64,000 bases of DNA from an uncultured Candidatus Rokubacteria bacterium (GTDB lineage Bacteria; Methylomirabilota; Methylomirabilia; Rokubacteriales; CSP1-6). Positions 42,300 through 51,385 of this stretch are shown piece after piece. The DNA is taken from contig CAVXJS010000014.1 of the NCBI GenBank assembly GCA_963762145.1, forward strand, positions 480,001 through 544,000, in the 5' to 3' direction. The position numbers and the translations under genes are program-made. Position 1 is the first letter of the stretch, and each line of letters opens with the position of its first letter. Below the pieces are notes generated by a model. It was not told the origin of the DNA. It worked only from the letters and a program-made list of their open reading frames with translations, and ran no database searches.

Positions 42300-43487
42300 A
42301 TGGCGACCCGGGTCGTGATCGTGGGCGGCGGTCTCATGGGGCTCTCCGCCGCGTTCCACCTGCGGCGCGCCGATCCCGGCGGGCGCGTCACGGTGCTGGA
42401 GCGCGCCCGCGTGGGCGACGCCGCCTCCGGGGCCAGCGCGGCCGGCGTGCGGGCGATGGGACGCGATCCCGCGGAGCGGGCGCTCGCGCTCGCGAGCCTC
42501 GCGCGCTGGCCCGGGCTCGATCGCGAGCTGGAAGCGCCCACGCGATACTGGCGGACCGGCGGCCTGCGCCTGGCGCTCGACGAGGCGAGCTGGCGCGCCG
42601 CTGCGCCGTGGGTGGCCGAGCAGCGCGCGGACGGGGTGCCGGTGGAGCTCGTGGACGCCGCGGCGGCGCGCGCGCTCGCGCCCGGGATCGCGGCGGGTTG
42701 CCTGGGCGGCGTGCACGCGCCGATCGACGGGCAGGCCGAGGCCCGGCCCGCGACCGAGGCCTTCGCCCGCGCCGCGCGGCGGCTCGGCGCGCGCGTCGAG
42801 GAGGGCGTGGATATTGGCGCGCTCCTGGTCGAGGGCGGGCGGGTCGTTGGCGTCGAGCGCCGTGACGGCGCGCGGGAGGTCTGCGACGCGGCGATCGTGG
42901 CCGCGGGCGCGTGGAGCGCGCCGCTCCTCGCGGGCGTCGGCGTGACGCTGCCGATCGAGACGCGCCCGCTCCAGATGCTGCTCACGGAGCCGGGCGCGCC
43001 CGCGCTCCGGCCGGTGCTGGGCGCGTTCGACCGCCGGCTCAGCCTCAAGCAGCTCGACGACGGCGCCTACCTGATCGGCGGGGGCTGGCCCGCGCGCGTC
43101 ACCGATCACGCGGGCAATCGCTACGAGATGCTGGAGGCGAGCGTGACCGCGAGCCTCGAGACGGCGCGCGCGGTGTTTCCTCCCGCCGGCGCGTGCGCGC
43201 TGGCGCGGGGCTGGGCCGGCCTCGAAGCCTTCACGCCGGACGACTTGCCCATCCTGGGCCCGGTCCCCGGCATCGCCGGCCTGCTGGTCGCGGCCGGCTT
43301 CTCGGGCCACGGCTTCGCCCTGAGCCCGATGATCGGCGACATCCTCGCGCGCCTGGCCCTCGGCCAGGACGCGCTGGAGCCCATCTGGACCGGTCTACGC
43401 TTCGATCGGGGTCAGGCTCGAATTACGACATTTCCCGGCCTCGGCGATGAGTCGCCGCCCGCCGCGAATGTCGTAATTAAGACCTGA
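42300..43487 (+). CDS. FAD-dependent oxidoreductase (DAO/sarcosine oxidase beta-like)
   Basis: GGGLMG, ASGASAAG, TPDDLPILG, GFSGHGFALSP; C-terminus runs through a REP element. Confidence 0.9.
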   Translation: MATRVVIVGGGLMGLSAAFHLRRADPGGRVTVLERARVGDAASGASAAGVRAMGRDPAERALALASLARWPGLDRELEAPTRYWRTGGLRLALDEASWRAAAPWVAEQRADGVPVELVDAAAARALAPGIAAGCLGGVHAPIDGQAEARPATEAFARAARRLGARVEEGVDIGALLVEGGRVVGVERRDGAREVCDAAIVAAGAWSAPLLAGVGVTLPIETRPLQMLLTEPGAPALRPVLGAFDRRLSLKQLDDGAYLIGGGWPARVTDHAGNRYEMLEASVTASLETARAVFPPAGACALARGWAGLEAFTPDDLPILGPVPGIAGLLVAAGFSGHGFALSPMIGDILARLALGQDALEPIWTGLRFDRGQARITTFPGLGDESPPAANVVIKT

Positions 43488-43490
43488 CCC
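43408..43490. repeat. REP/REPIN-like inverted pair (GGGGTCAGGTCTT family), degenerate
   Basis: GGGGTCAGGCTCGAATTACGACATT ... AATGTCGTAATTAAGACCTGACCC. Confidence 0.85.
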
Positions 43491-43496
43491 GCAGGC

Positions 43497-44771
43497 TTAG
43501 CGGCCGCGGGTGAGCTGGGCGGGGCGGGCGCCGTGGGCGCTGCGCCGCTCGGCGTTGGCGCGGGCGCGCTGCCGATCCTCCGCCTTGCGGGCGCGGATCT
43601 GCGCGATGCGCTCGGCCAGCGGGATCTCCAGCTTGTCCGCCGGCCGCTTGGTGTAGTCGAAGCCCTGCAGCTGCGTGCGCGGGAAGCGCGAGCCCACCGC
43701 GCGCTCGATGCCGCGCAGGTCGCCCTCCTCGTCCGGCGAGACCAGGGTGAGCGCGTCGCCCACCGCCTCGGCCCGCGCGGTGCGGCCCACCCGGTGGATG
43801 TACTCGTCGGGCATGCCCGGCACGTCGAAGTTGATCACGTGGCTGAGCGCGTCGATGTCGATGCCGCGGGCCGCGATGTCGGTGGCCACCAGCACCTGGA
43901 AGCGGCCGTCCTTGAACCCGGCCAGCGCCTGCGTCCGCTGGGCCTGGCTGCGGTTGCCGTGGATGCGGTCGGCCTTGACCCCGTGGCGGGCCAGGTAATC
44001 GGCCAGCCGGTTGGCCCGGTGCTTGGTGCGCGTGAAGGCGAGCACGCTGCGGGTGCCGGGCTGCTTGAGCAGCTCGACCAGCAGCGCCGACTTCAGCTCC
44101 TGCGGCACCGGGTACACGGTGTGGGTGATGCCGACCGCGGGCGCGGACGGCCGCTCGATCTGGATCGCCACCGGATCGTGGAGGATCTGCTTCGCGAGCG
44201 CCGCGATGGGGCCGGGCATGGTGGCGGAGAGCAGCAGCGTCTGCCGGCGCGCCGGGAGCTGCTTCAGGATCCGCTGGATGTCCGGCAGGAAGCCCATGTC
44301 CAGCATGCGGTCGGCCTCGTCCAGCACCAGCACCTGGAGGCCGTCGAGCTTGGTGTAGGGATAGCGCATGTGGTCGAGCAGCCGGCCCGGCGTGGCGACG
44401 AGGATGTCCACCCCGCGGCGGAGTGCCGACTCCTGCGGGCCCATGCCCACGCCACCGAAGATGGCCGCGCCGCTGACCCGCGTATGGCGGGCGAGCTGGC
44501 CGCGGTGCTCGTCGATCTGGGCCGCGAGCTCCCGGGTGGGGGCGATGATCAGGGCACGCGTGGTGCCTCGGGGAAGCCCGATCAGCTTCTGCAGAATCGG
44601 CAGCAGGAACGCCGCGGTCTTGCCGCTGCCGGTCATGGCGCAGGCGAGCACGTCCCGCCCGGCCATGGCCGGGGGAATGGCGTCACGCTGGATGGGGGTC
44701 GGGGCCTGGAAGCCCAGGGCCTCGACGCCACGGAGCAGATCGGGATGAAGCTGGAATTCGGAGAAAGACAT
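43497..44771 (-). CDS. rhlE: DEAD-box RNA helicase
   Basis: Q motif PTPIQ, TGSGKT, DEADRMLDMGF, SAT, HRVGRTAR. Confidence 0.93.
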   Translation of the reverse strand: MSFSEFQLHPDLLRGVEALGFQAPTPIQRDAIPPAMAGRDVLACAMTGSGKTAAFLLPILQKLIGLPRGTTRALIIAPTRELAAQIDEHRGQLARHTRVSGAAIFGGVGMGPQESALRRGVDILVATPGRLLDHMRYPYTKLDGLQVLVLDEADRMLDMGFLPDIQRILKQLPARRQTLLLSATMPGPIAALAKQILHDPVAIQIERPSAPAVGITHTVYPVPQELKSALLVELLKQPGTRSVLAFTRTKHRANRLADYLARHGVKADRIHGNRSQAQRTQALAGFKDGRFQVLVATDIAARGIDIDALSHVINFDVPGMPDEYIHRVGRTARAEAVGDALTLVSPDEEGDLRGIERAVGSRFPRTQLQGFDYTKRPADKLEIPLAERIAQIRARKAEDRQRARANAERRSAHGARPAQLTRGR

Positions 44772-44935
44772 GGAGCGAGTAACCTCTTGCGGGCACAGCC
44801 GGGCCCGTACAGTCTTCCGCGGATTTCTTGGCGCGCCCCACGATGCGGAAGAGGACGGGAAACGCGGTCTGCGATGTTGCAGTGACTACAGCATACACGC
44901 GGCCGGCGGCCGGCGCGAAGAAATAACGCTGGGCG

Positions 44936-45157
44936 TTACTCCGTGCGCTGGGCCATCCGCTCCGCGATCTCCGCCTCGAAGAGCTGGAGCGTCAGCGGGC
45001 AGGGCGGCTCGTTGGTGTCGATGTGCTGGCACTCGGTCTCGCTGCAGCGGACGAAGAGCTTGCCGTGGCCGCCGAGCGACTGGCGGCGGCGCAGCGAGAT
45101 GGAAACGGTTTCCGAGACGACGCTGCAGTCGTACGACTTCGTGGGAGTCCGGGGCAC
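44936..45157 (-). CDS. Small 4-Cys hypothetical protein (73 aa)
   Basis: RBS GAGGAAAGG before GTG; C...CxxxxC...CP pattern. Confidence 0.65.
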   Translation of the reverse strand: MPRTPTKSYDCSVVSETVSISLRRRQSLGGHGKLFVRCSETECQHIDTNEPPCPLTLQLFEAEIAERMAQRTE

Positions 45158-45303
45158 GGGGGATCCTTTCCTCGCGGTCATTGCGACCGAGGGCCCCAGT
45201 ATACACGTTCTCGACGGGTAAATCAGGCCCCACGGGTAGCCGCGCCCCGCGCGCGGATCGGCCGGACAGCGCCATGTAGCACGCTGAGTTATACTCCACC
45301 GCG

Positions 45304-46281
45304 ATGCGCGCCCTGATCTGTCGTGCGTGGGGACCGGTCGACGACCTGAAGGTGGAGGAGATCGCCCCGCCCGAGCCCGCCGCCGACGAGGTGCTGATCG
45401 ACGTGCGCGCCACCTCGGTGAACTACGCGGACTCCATCATGGTGGCGGGCAAGTACCAGACGCGCCCGCCGTTCCCGTTCAGCCCGGGGCTCGAGACCGC
45501 GGGCGTGGTGGCGCGCTGTGGCGCGGGGGCCACGCGCTTCAAGCCGGGCGACCGGGTGATGGCCACGCTGGCCTGGGGCGGGCTCGCCGAGCAGGCGGTG
45601 GCCAAGGAGTCGGAGACCTTCCCGATCCCCGACGGCATGTCCTTCGACGAGGCGGGCGCCTTCCCCATCGCGTACATCTCGAGCGACGTGGCGATCCGCT
45701 GGCAGGGCCGGCTCGAGGCAGGCGAGACGCTGCTGGTGCTGGGCGCGGCGGGCGGGGTCGGACTCACCGCGGTCGAGATCGGCAAGGCGATGGGCGCGCG
45801 CGTGATCGCGGGGGCGAGCACCCCCGAGAAGCTCGCGGTCGCGCGGGAGCACGGCGCGGACGAGGGGATCAACTACGCGACCGAGAACCTGACCGAGCGG
45901 GTGATGGCCCTCACCGGGGACCGGGGCGCGGACGTCTGCTTCGACCCGATCGGTGGCGAGCTGGCCGACGCCGCGCTGTCCTCGCTCGGGTGGGGCGGCC
46001 GCATGCTGCTGGTGGGCTTCGTGGGCGGCGTGCAGCAGATCCCCGCCAACCGGCTCCTGGTCAAGAACCGCTCGGCGCTCGGCTGCTCGCTGCGGCACTA
46101 CCGCTTCAACGCCCCCGACAAGCTGCGCTCGTCCGTGCAGGCTCTGATCGGCTGGTACGCGGCGGGCAAGCTCAAGCCTCACGTCAGCCACCGGCTGCCC
46201 CTCGACCGCGCGGTGGAGGCGATCCGCCTGCTGACCGACCGCCGAGCTCTCGGCAAGATCGTCGTCACGCTCGGGAGCTGA
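45304..46281 (+). CDS. NADPH:quinone oxidoreductase (MDR) family
   Basis: PFSPGLETAG, GAAGGVG. Confidence 0.9.
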   Translation: MRALICRAWGPVDDLKVEEIAPPEPAADEVLIDVRATSVNYADSIMVAGKYQTRPPFPFSPGLETAGVVARCGAGATRFKPGDRVMATLAWGGLAEQAVAKESETFPIPDGMSFDEAGAFPIAYISSDVAIRWQGRLEAGETLLVLGAAGGVGLTAVEIGKAMGARVIAGASTPEKLAVAREHGADEGINYATENLTERVMALTGDRGADVCFDPIGGELADAALSSLGWGGRMLLVGFVGGVQQIPANRLLVKNRSALGCSLRHYRFNAPDKLRSSVQALIGWYAAGKLKPHVSHRLPLDRAVEAIRLLTDRRALGKIVVTLGS

Positions 46282-46285
46282 GCCG

Positions 46286-47041
46286 GTGGAGATCCGCGTC
46301 GAGGCGCACGGTCCGCACGTCACGGTGGTCACGATCGACAACCAGCCGAAGCTCAACGCGATGCCCCGCGCGATGCTCGCGGACCTGGGCCGGATCTGGG
46401 ACGAGCTCGAGCGCGGGAGCTGCCGCGCCATCGTGCTCACCGGGGCGGGCCCGCGCGCTTTCTGTGCGGGCGCGGACATCAGCGGCGACCTGAGCGCCTC
46501 CGCGGAGACCGCGCGGGTGGTGGGCCACGCGCTGCTCAAGCAGGACGCGTACGCCAAGCCGATCGTGGCCGCGGTCAACGGTGATTGCGTGGGCGGCGGC
46601 GTGGAGCTGCTGCTCTCCACCGACATCCGCGCGGCCGCCCCGCACGCCCGCTTCGGCCTGCCCGAGGTGAAGTGGTCCATCTACCCGTTCGGGGGCGCCA
46701 CCCTCAAGCTCCCGCAGCAGATCGGCCACGTGCACGCGATGGACCTGCTGCTGACCGGGCGGCTGATCGACGCGGCGGAGGCGGCCAGACTGGGCCTCGT
46801 CAATCGGATCGTCCCCGCCGAGGGCCTGATGGCCTGGGCCCTCGAGACCGCGGAGGCGATTGCGGCCAACAGCCCCTCCGCGGTGCAGGCGGTGAAGCGG
46901 CAGATCAGCGCGACCATCGCCGATCACGCGCGCGGCCGCGAAGCGCTGGAGCAGGAGCTGGGCGACCAGGTGCGGGCGAGCGCGCACTTCCGGGAAGGCG
47001 TGGCCGCGTTCCGCGAGAAGCGACGGCCGCGCTACGAATGA
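46286..47041 (+). CDS. Enoyl-CoA hydratase/isomerase
   Basis: AFCAGAD, GGGVE, FGLPEV. Confidence 0.9.
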   Translation: MEIRVEAHGPHVTVVTIDNQPKLNAMPRAMLADLGRIWDELERGSCRAIVLTGAGPRAFCAGADISGDLSASAETARVVGHALLKQDAYAKPIVAAVNGDCVGGGVELLLSTDIRAAAPHARFGLPEVKWSIYPFGGATLKLPQQIGHVHAMDLLLTGRLIDAAEAARLGLVNRIVPAEGLMAWALETAEAIAANSPSAVQAVKRQISATIADHARGREALEQELGDQVRASAHFREGVAAFREKRRPRYE

Positions 47042-47066
47042 TCGAGCGTCGAGAGAGGAGTGTCCG

Positions 47067-48116
47067 ATGACCGCGCCGGTTCGCGTCCACATCCGGGTGC
47101 CGGGCACCGCGCCCATGCCCGAGCTGATGCGCCTGATCCAGTCGATCGAGTCGGCCGGCTTCGACGGGGCCGGCATCCTCGACAGCCAGATGATCTCCCG
47201 CGACACCTTCGTCACCCTCGGCCAGGCCGCGACGCATACCTCGCGGATGCAGCTCTTCCCCGCGGTCACCAACCCGTTCACGCGCCACGCTTCGGTGCTG
47301 GCGGGCGCGATCCAGACCGTGGAAGAGCTGGCCCCGGGCCGGGTGAAGTTCGTGATGGGCACCGGCTACACCTCGGCCACCACCATCGGGCGCAAGGCGG
47401 CCACGCTCGCCGAGATGCGCGAGTCCATCGCCACCATCAAGACGCTGCTCGCGGGCGAGAGCGCGCGGTTCGGCGAGATCGCGGGGCGCCTGGGCTACGC
47501 GGGCGGCCGGCGCATCCCGGTGCTGATGGCCGCGTCGGGGCCCAAGGCCATCGAGGTCGCGGGCGAGGTGGCCGACGGCGTGCTGCTGCTCGTGGGGAGC
47601 AACCGCGGCATCGTGCAGCGCGCGCTCGAGCTGCTCGAGCGCGGGGCCAAGCGTGCGGGGCGCAAGGTCGAGGATCTCGAGGTCATCTGGGCGGTGCGCA
47701 CCGCCGCGCTGCCGACCACCGCGGAGGCGCTGCGCCAGGCGCGGCCCACGTCGGTGCACTGGGGCATCCTGCGCTGGGGCGGCTACTGGCTCGAGCCCGC
47801 GGGCCTGAAGCTGCCGCCGCTCACGATCCCCGACGCGGTGTGGAAGATCTATCCCGATCTCTCCCACGCCCACGACTGGGAGGCGGCCATCGCCGCCACG
47901 TCGTTCGTGCCCGACGAGGTGGTGGCCCAGCTCTGCGAGGCGATGGGCCTGATCGGCACTCCCGACGACTGCGCCACCCGCATCGGTGAGCTGACCAAGC
48001 TCGGCGTGCAGAACCTTTACCTGATGCCGCTCGAGACCTTCACCCCGCCGGTCCGCGAGATCGCGGCCTTCCGCGACACCGTCTTCCCCCGCCTCGCCAC
48101 CGCCGGCCTTCGTTAG
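47067..48116 (+). CDS. LLM-class (Mer-like) oxidoreductase
   Basis: AVTNPFTRH, AASGPKAIEVAGEVADG. Confidence 0.88.
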   Translation: MTAPVRVHIRVPGTAPMPELMRLIQSIESAGFDGAGILDSQMISRDTFVTLGQAATHTSRMQLFPAVTNPFTRHASVLAGAIQTVEELAPGRVKFVMGTGYTSATTIGRKAATLAEMRESIATIKTLLAGESARFGEIAGRLGYAGGRRIPVLMAASGPKAIEVAGEVADGVLLLVGSNRGIVQRALELLERGAKRAGRKVEDLEVIWAVRTAALPTTAEALRQARPTSVHWGILRWGGYWLEPAGLKLPPLTIPDAVWKIYPDLSHAHDWEAAIAATSFVPDEVVAQLCEAMGLIGTPDDCATRIGELTKLGVQNLYLMPLETFTPPVREIAAFRDTVFPRLATAGLR

Positions 48117-48242
48117 GGGTCAGGTCTTACATTCCGACATTGCGCTCGGGGTCAGGTCTTGAAATACGACATCCCGGCGAACGCGGCCGAGATGAGAGCG
48201 ATCTCCCGCGTAGCGGGAATGTCGGAATGTAAGACCTGACCC
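48116..48242. repeat. REP cluster, three units
   Basis: Units at 48116, 48148 and an inverted unit at 48218 that is the exact reverse complement of unit 1 over 25 nt. Confidence 0.92.
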
Positions 48243-48246
48243 TAGC

Positions 48247-49842
48247 CTAGCGCTGGGCGGCGAGGTGCTCGGCTAGCTTGAACTTCTGGACCTTGCCGGT
48301 GCTCGTGAGCGGCAGGTGCTCTCGCGCCATGACGTGGATCTCTTGCGGGACCTTGTAGGCCGCGAGGGCGTCGCGGCAGAGGGCGCGGAGGGCGGCGGGA
48401 TCGGCGGCACGGCCGGGCTTCGCCACCACCACCGCGACCAGGATCTCTTCTTTTCGGGGATCGGGGATTCCCACGACGTAGGCTTGCTCGACGCCCGGGT
48501 CCGACAGCAGCACCTCCTCGACCTCGAGCGGCGCCACGTTGATCCCGCCGGTCTTGACCATCTCCTTGATGCGCCCGCGAAACCGCAGCCGCCCGTCCTC
48601 CCCGATGAACCCGATATCGCCGGTGAGCAGGAAGCCGTCGGCGTCGAAGGACTCGGCGTTCTTCTCGGGATCGCGGTAGTAGCCCGGCGTGAGCAGCCCG
48701 CGCACCAGGATCTCGCCGACCTCGCCCACCGGCAGCGGCTTCCGGCTCTCGCGGTCCACCACGCGCACTTCCTGGCCGGGCAGGGGGAAGCCCACCGTGG
48801 TGAGCCGCACCTCGGGCGAATCGTGCGCGTCGGTCACCGAGCAGTTGCCGTAGCACTCGGTGAGCCCGTAGACGTTGCAGATCTCGCGCGCGCCGAGGTC
48901 CATCACCATCTGCATGGCCGCGGGCGGGCCGATGGCGGCACCGGTGCGGAGCGATGACAGATCGCGCCGCGCCCGGTCGGGATGCTCGGTGAGCGCCAGC
49001 GCGATGTTCGGCGTGCCGTAGTACACCGTGCAGCGCTCGCGCTCGATCAGGGCCAGCGCCTCCCCGGCGTCGAGCTGCTCCTGCAGTACCAGCGTGCCGC
49101 CGTGACTCATCACCGCGACCAGCGCGTTGGCGCCGAAGCTCCAGAAGAGCGAGATGCCCATCCACATGCGGTCGGCCGGGGTCAGATGCTGCCGCTCACC
49201 GATGTTCCACATGTTCTCGAGGAGGCCGCCGTGGCAGAGCTGCACGCCTTTCGGTGTCGAGGTGGTGCCGGAGGTGTAGAGGATGCAGGCCACGTCCGCT
49301 GGCGTCACCCCTCGCTGCGCGGCGTCGATCTCGGCGTCGGGCACGTCGCAACCCATGGCGTCCAGGTCGTCCAGCGCGATCGTCCCCGGCGCGCGCTCGA
49401 CGCCCGCGACCACCACGCGGCGGAGGTCCGGCAGGCGGGCCGAGCCCGGGCCGCCCATCTCGGTCACCGCGTCCGTGAAGCGCTGCGCGCCGAGCCGCGG
49501 GATCGTGATGAGCGTGCTGACGCCGCAGTGGGCCAGCACGTACTCGAGCTCGCGCGGGCGCGACCACGTGCTGATCGGCACCAGCGTCGCCCCCAGCGTG
49601 GTCACCGCGAAATCGATCAGCAGCCACTCCGGCCGGTTGGTCATGATCAGCGCGACTCGATCGCCCGCGACGACGCCGAGCCGCCGCAGCCCCTTGGCGA
49701 GCCGCCGCGCCCGCTCGCGCGTCTCCGCGTAGCTGAGCCGCTCCCCGGCTCCCACGATCAGCTCGTGATCCGGCTGGCGCGCGGCCAGCTCGTCCAGGAG
49801 GTCAGGAAGGGTGCGGCTCCGCGGCCGCGGCGCGCCACTCAC
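48247..49842 (-). CDS. Acyl-CoA synthetase (AMP-binding)
   Basis: YTSGTTSTPKG, YGLTE, TGDIG, TGKVQK. Confidence 0.92.
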   Translation of the reverse strand: MSGAPRPRSRTLPDLLDELAARQPDHELIVGAGERLSYAETRERARRLAKGLRRLGVVAGDRVALIMTNRPEWLLIDFAVTTLGATLVPISTWSRPRELEYVLAHCGVSTLITIPRLGAQRFTDAVTEMGGPGSARLPDLRRVVVAGVERAPGTIALDDLDAMGCDVPDAEIDAAQRGVTPADVACILYTSGTTSTPKGVQLCHGGLLENMWNIGERQHLTPADRMWMGISLFWSFGANALVAVMSHGGTLVLQEQLDAGEALALIERERCTVYYGTPNIALALTEHPDRARRDLSSLRTGAAIGPPAAMQMVMDLGAREICNVYGLTECYGNCSVTDAHDSPEVRLTTVGFPLPGQEVRVVDRESRKPLPVGEVGEILVRGLLTPGYYRDPEKNAESFDADGFLLTGDIGFIGEDGRLRFRGRIKEMVKTGGINVAPLEVEEVLLSDPGVEQAYVVGIPDPRKEEILVAVVVAKPGRAADPAALRALCRDALAAYKVPQEIHVMAREHLPLTSTGKVQKFKLAEHLAAQR

Positions 49843-49856
49843 GATGGAGTCACGAT

Positions 49857-49939
49857 GGGGTCAGGTCTTGAAATACGACATTCGCAGTGTCGCGGGGAGT
49901 GCGCGGCGCCCGAAATGTCGTAATTCAAGACCTGACCCC
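49857..49939. repeat. REP inverted pair
   Basis: GGGGTCAGGTCTTGAAATACGACATT ... AATGTCGTAATTCAAGACCTGACCCC. Confidence 0.92.
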
Positions 49940-49941
49940 GG

Positions 49942-50463
49942 CTAGGAGGCGTAGTGGTCGCGGGCGAGCGGGGGCTTCACGTCCTCGCCGGTGAAGAGCA
50001 CGGTGAGGACGACCTCCACCGAGTGGTTGATGGCGAGCCCCTGGCAGCCGATGGCCGCGCGGGTCGGCTTGCCGCGGTCGCCGTAGAGCTCGACCAGCAG
50101 GTCGGTGGCGCCGTTGATCACGCGCGGCTGCTGGGCGAAGCCGGGCGCGGAGTTCACGAAGCCGATGAGCTGCACCGCCTGCTGCACGCGGTCGAGATCG
50201 CCGAGCGCGTACTTGACCGCGGACAGGCTCGTGATCGCGGCGTAGCGCGCGGCCTCGTAGCCCTGCTCGATCGAGAGGTCCGCGCCGACGATCCCGGGCA
50301 GGTACGGCCGGCCGTCCTTCACCGGCGTGGTGCCGGAGAGGTAGAGCATGTTGCCGACCGCCAGGTGCGAGATGAACCGCGCCCCGGAGGCGTTGCCGCG
50401 GTAGTGCTGATCGAGATCGGGCAGGGTCAGGCCGAGCTGGGCGAGCTTCGCCTCGACGAGCAT
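49942..50463 (-). CDS. RidA/YjgF family protein
   Basis: LYLSG, GFVNSAPGF, INGATDLL, RAAIG. Confidence 0.88.
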   Translation of the reverse strand: MLVEAKLAQLGLTLPDLDQHYRGNASGARFISHLAVGNMLYLSGTTPVKDGRPYLPGIVGADLSIEQGYEAARYAAITSLSAVKYALGDLDRVQQAVQLIGFVNSAPGFAQQPRVINGATDLLVELYGDRGKPTRAAIGCQGLAINHSVEVVLTVLFTGEDVKPPLARDHYAS

Positions 50464-50478
50464 GGCGGCCGGGTCCGG

Positions 50479-51288
50479 TCAGCGGCCCTGGAACTGCGGC
50501 CGGCGCTTCTCCGAGAAGGCCTTCACGCCCTCCTGGTAGTCCTGGCTGTTGAAGCAGTCGGTGATCAGCCGGTCCAGCATGGCCAGGTCGCGGTCGGCCG
50601 ACGGCTTCAGGAGCTGCTCCACCGTGGCCTTGGCCGAGCGCAGGGTGAGCGGGGCGTTGCGCGCCATGGTCAGCGCGTAGTCCCGGGTGAAGCGCTCGAG
50701 GTCCGCCTTCGGCACTACCTGGTTCACCAGCCCCATGCGCAGCGCGTCCTGGGCGCTGAAGTCGGTGCGCGCGGTGAAGAACAGCTCCTTCGTGTACGCG
50801 GGGCCGATCAGGTGCATCAGCTTTTCCATACCCTTGTAGTGATAGCCAAGGCCCAGGCGCGCGGCCGGGATGCCGAAGCGGGCGTCGTCGGCCGCGATGC
50901 GCATGTCGCACGTGATCGCGATGCCGACCCCGCCGCCGATGCAGAAGCCGTGGATCATGGCGAGCAGGGGCTTGCCGAGCGTGGCCAGCGACTCCGATCC
51001 GGCCGCCGAGATGCGCCGGTACTCCTCCTCGTCGGCCGCGTTGCGGCGGCGGTCCTTGAACTGGGAGATGTCGGCCCCGGCGACGAAGGCGGTCTCGCCC
51101 GCCCCGCGCAGGATCACCACCCGGATCGCGGGGTCCCCGGAAAGGTCGCGCACGTACTCGGGCATGCGCTGCCACATCTCCTGGCTCACCGCGTTGCGCT
51201 TGTGCGGCTGATTGAAGGTGATCCAGCCGATCGGCCCGTCCTTCTCCATCAGCAGCGTCTCGGCCTGGCTCGTCACGGTCTCGCTCAT
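50479..51288 (-). CDS. Enoyl-CoA hydratase family
   Basis: AFVAGADISQF, CIGGG, EGVKAFSEKR. Confidence 0.9.
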   Translation of the reverse strand: MSETVTSQAETLLMEKDGPIGWITFNQPHKRNAVSQEMWQRMPEYVRDLSGDPAIRVVILRGAGETAFVAGADISQFKDRRRNAADEEEYRRISAAGSESLATLGKPLLAMIHGFCIGGGVGIAITCDMRIAADDARFGIPAARLGLGYHYKGMEKLMHLIGPAYTKELFFTARTDFSAQDALRMGLVNQVVPKADLERFTRDYALTMARNAPLTLRSAKATVEQLLKPSADRDLAMLDRLITDCFNSQDYQEGVKAFSEKRRPQFQGR

Positions 51289-51385
51289 GGGCGGTCTCTC
51301 CTGGTCTCGGGGTGCCGTTCGCCCACTGGTGTATCCCGTCCGCCGGCTTCGCGCAAGTGCGGTATCCTCGGCCGCACCCCGGACC

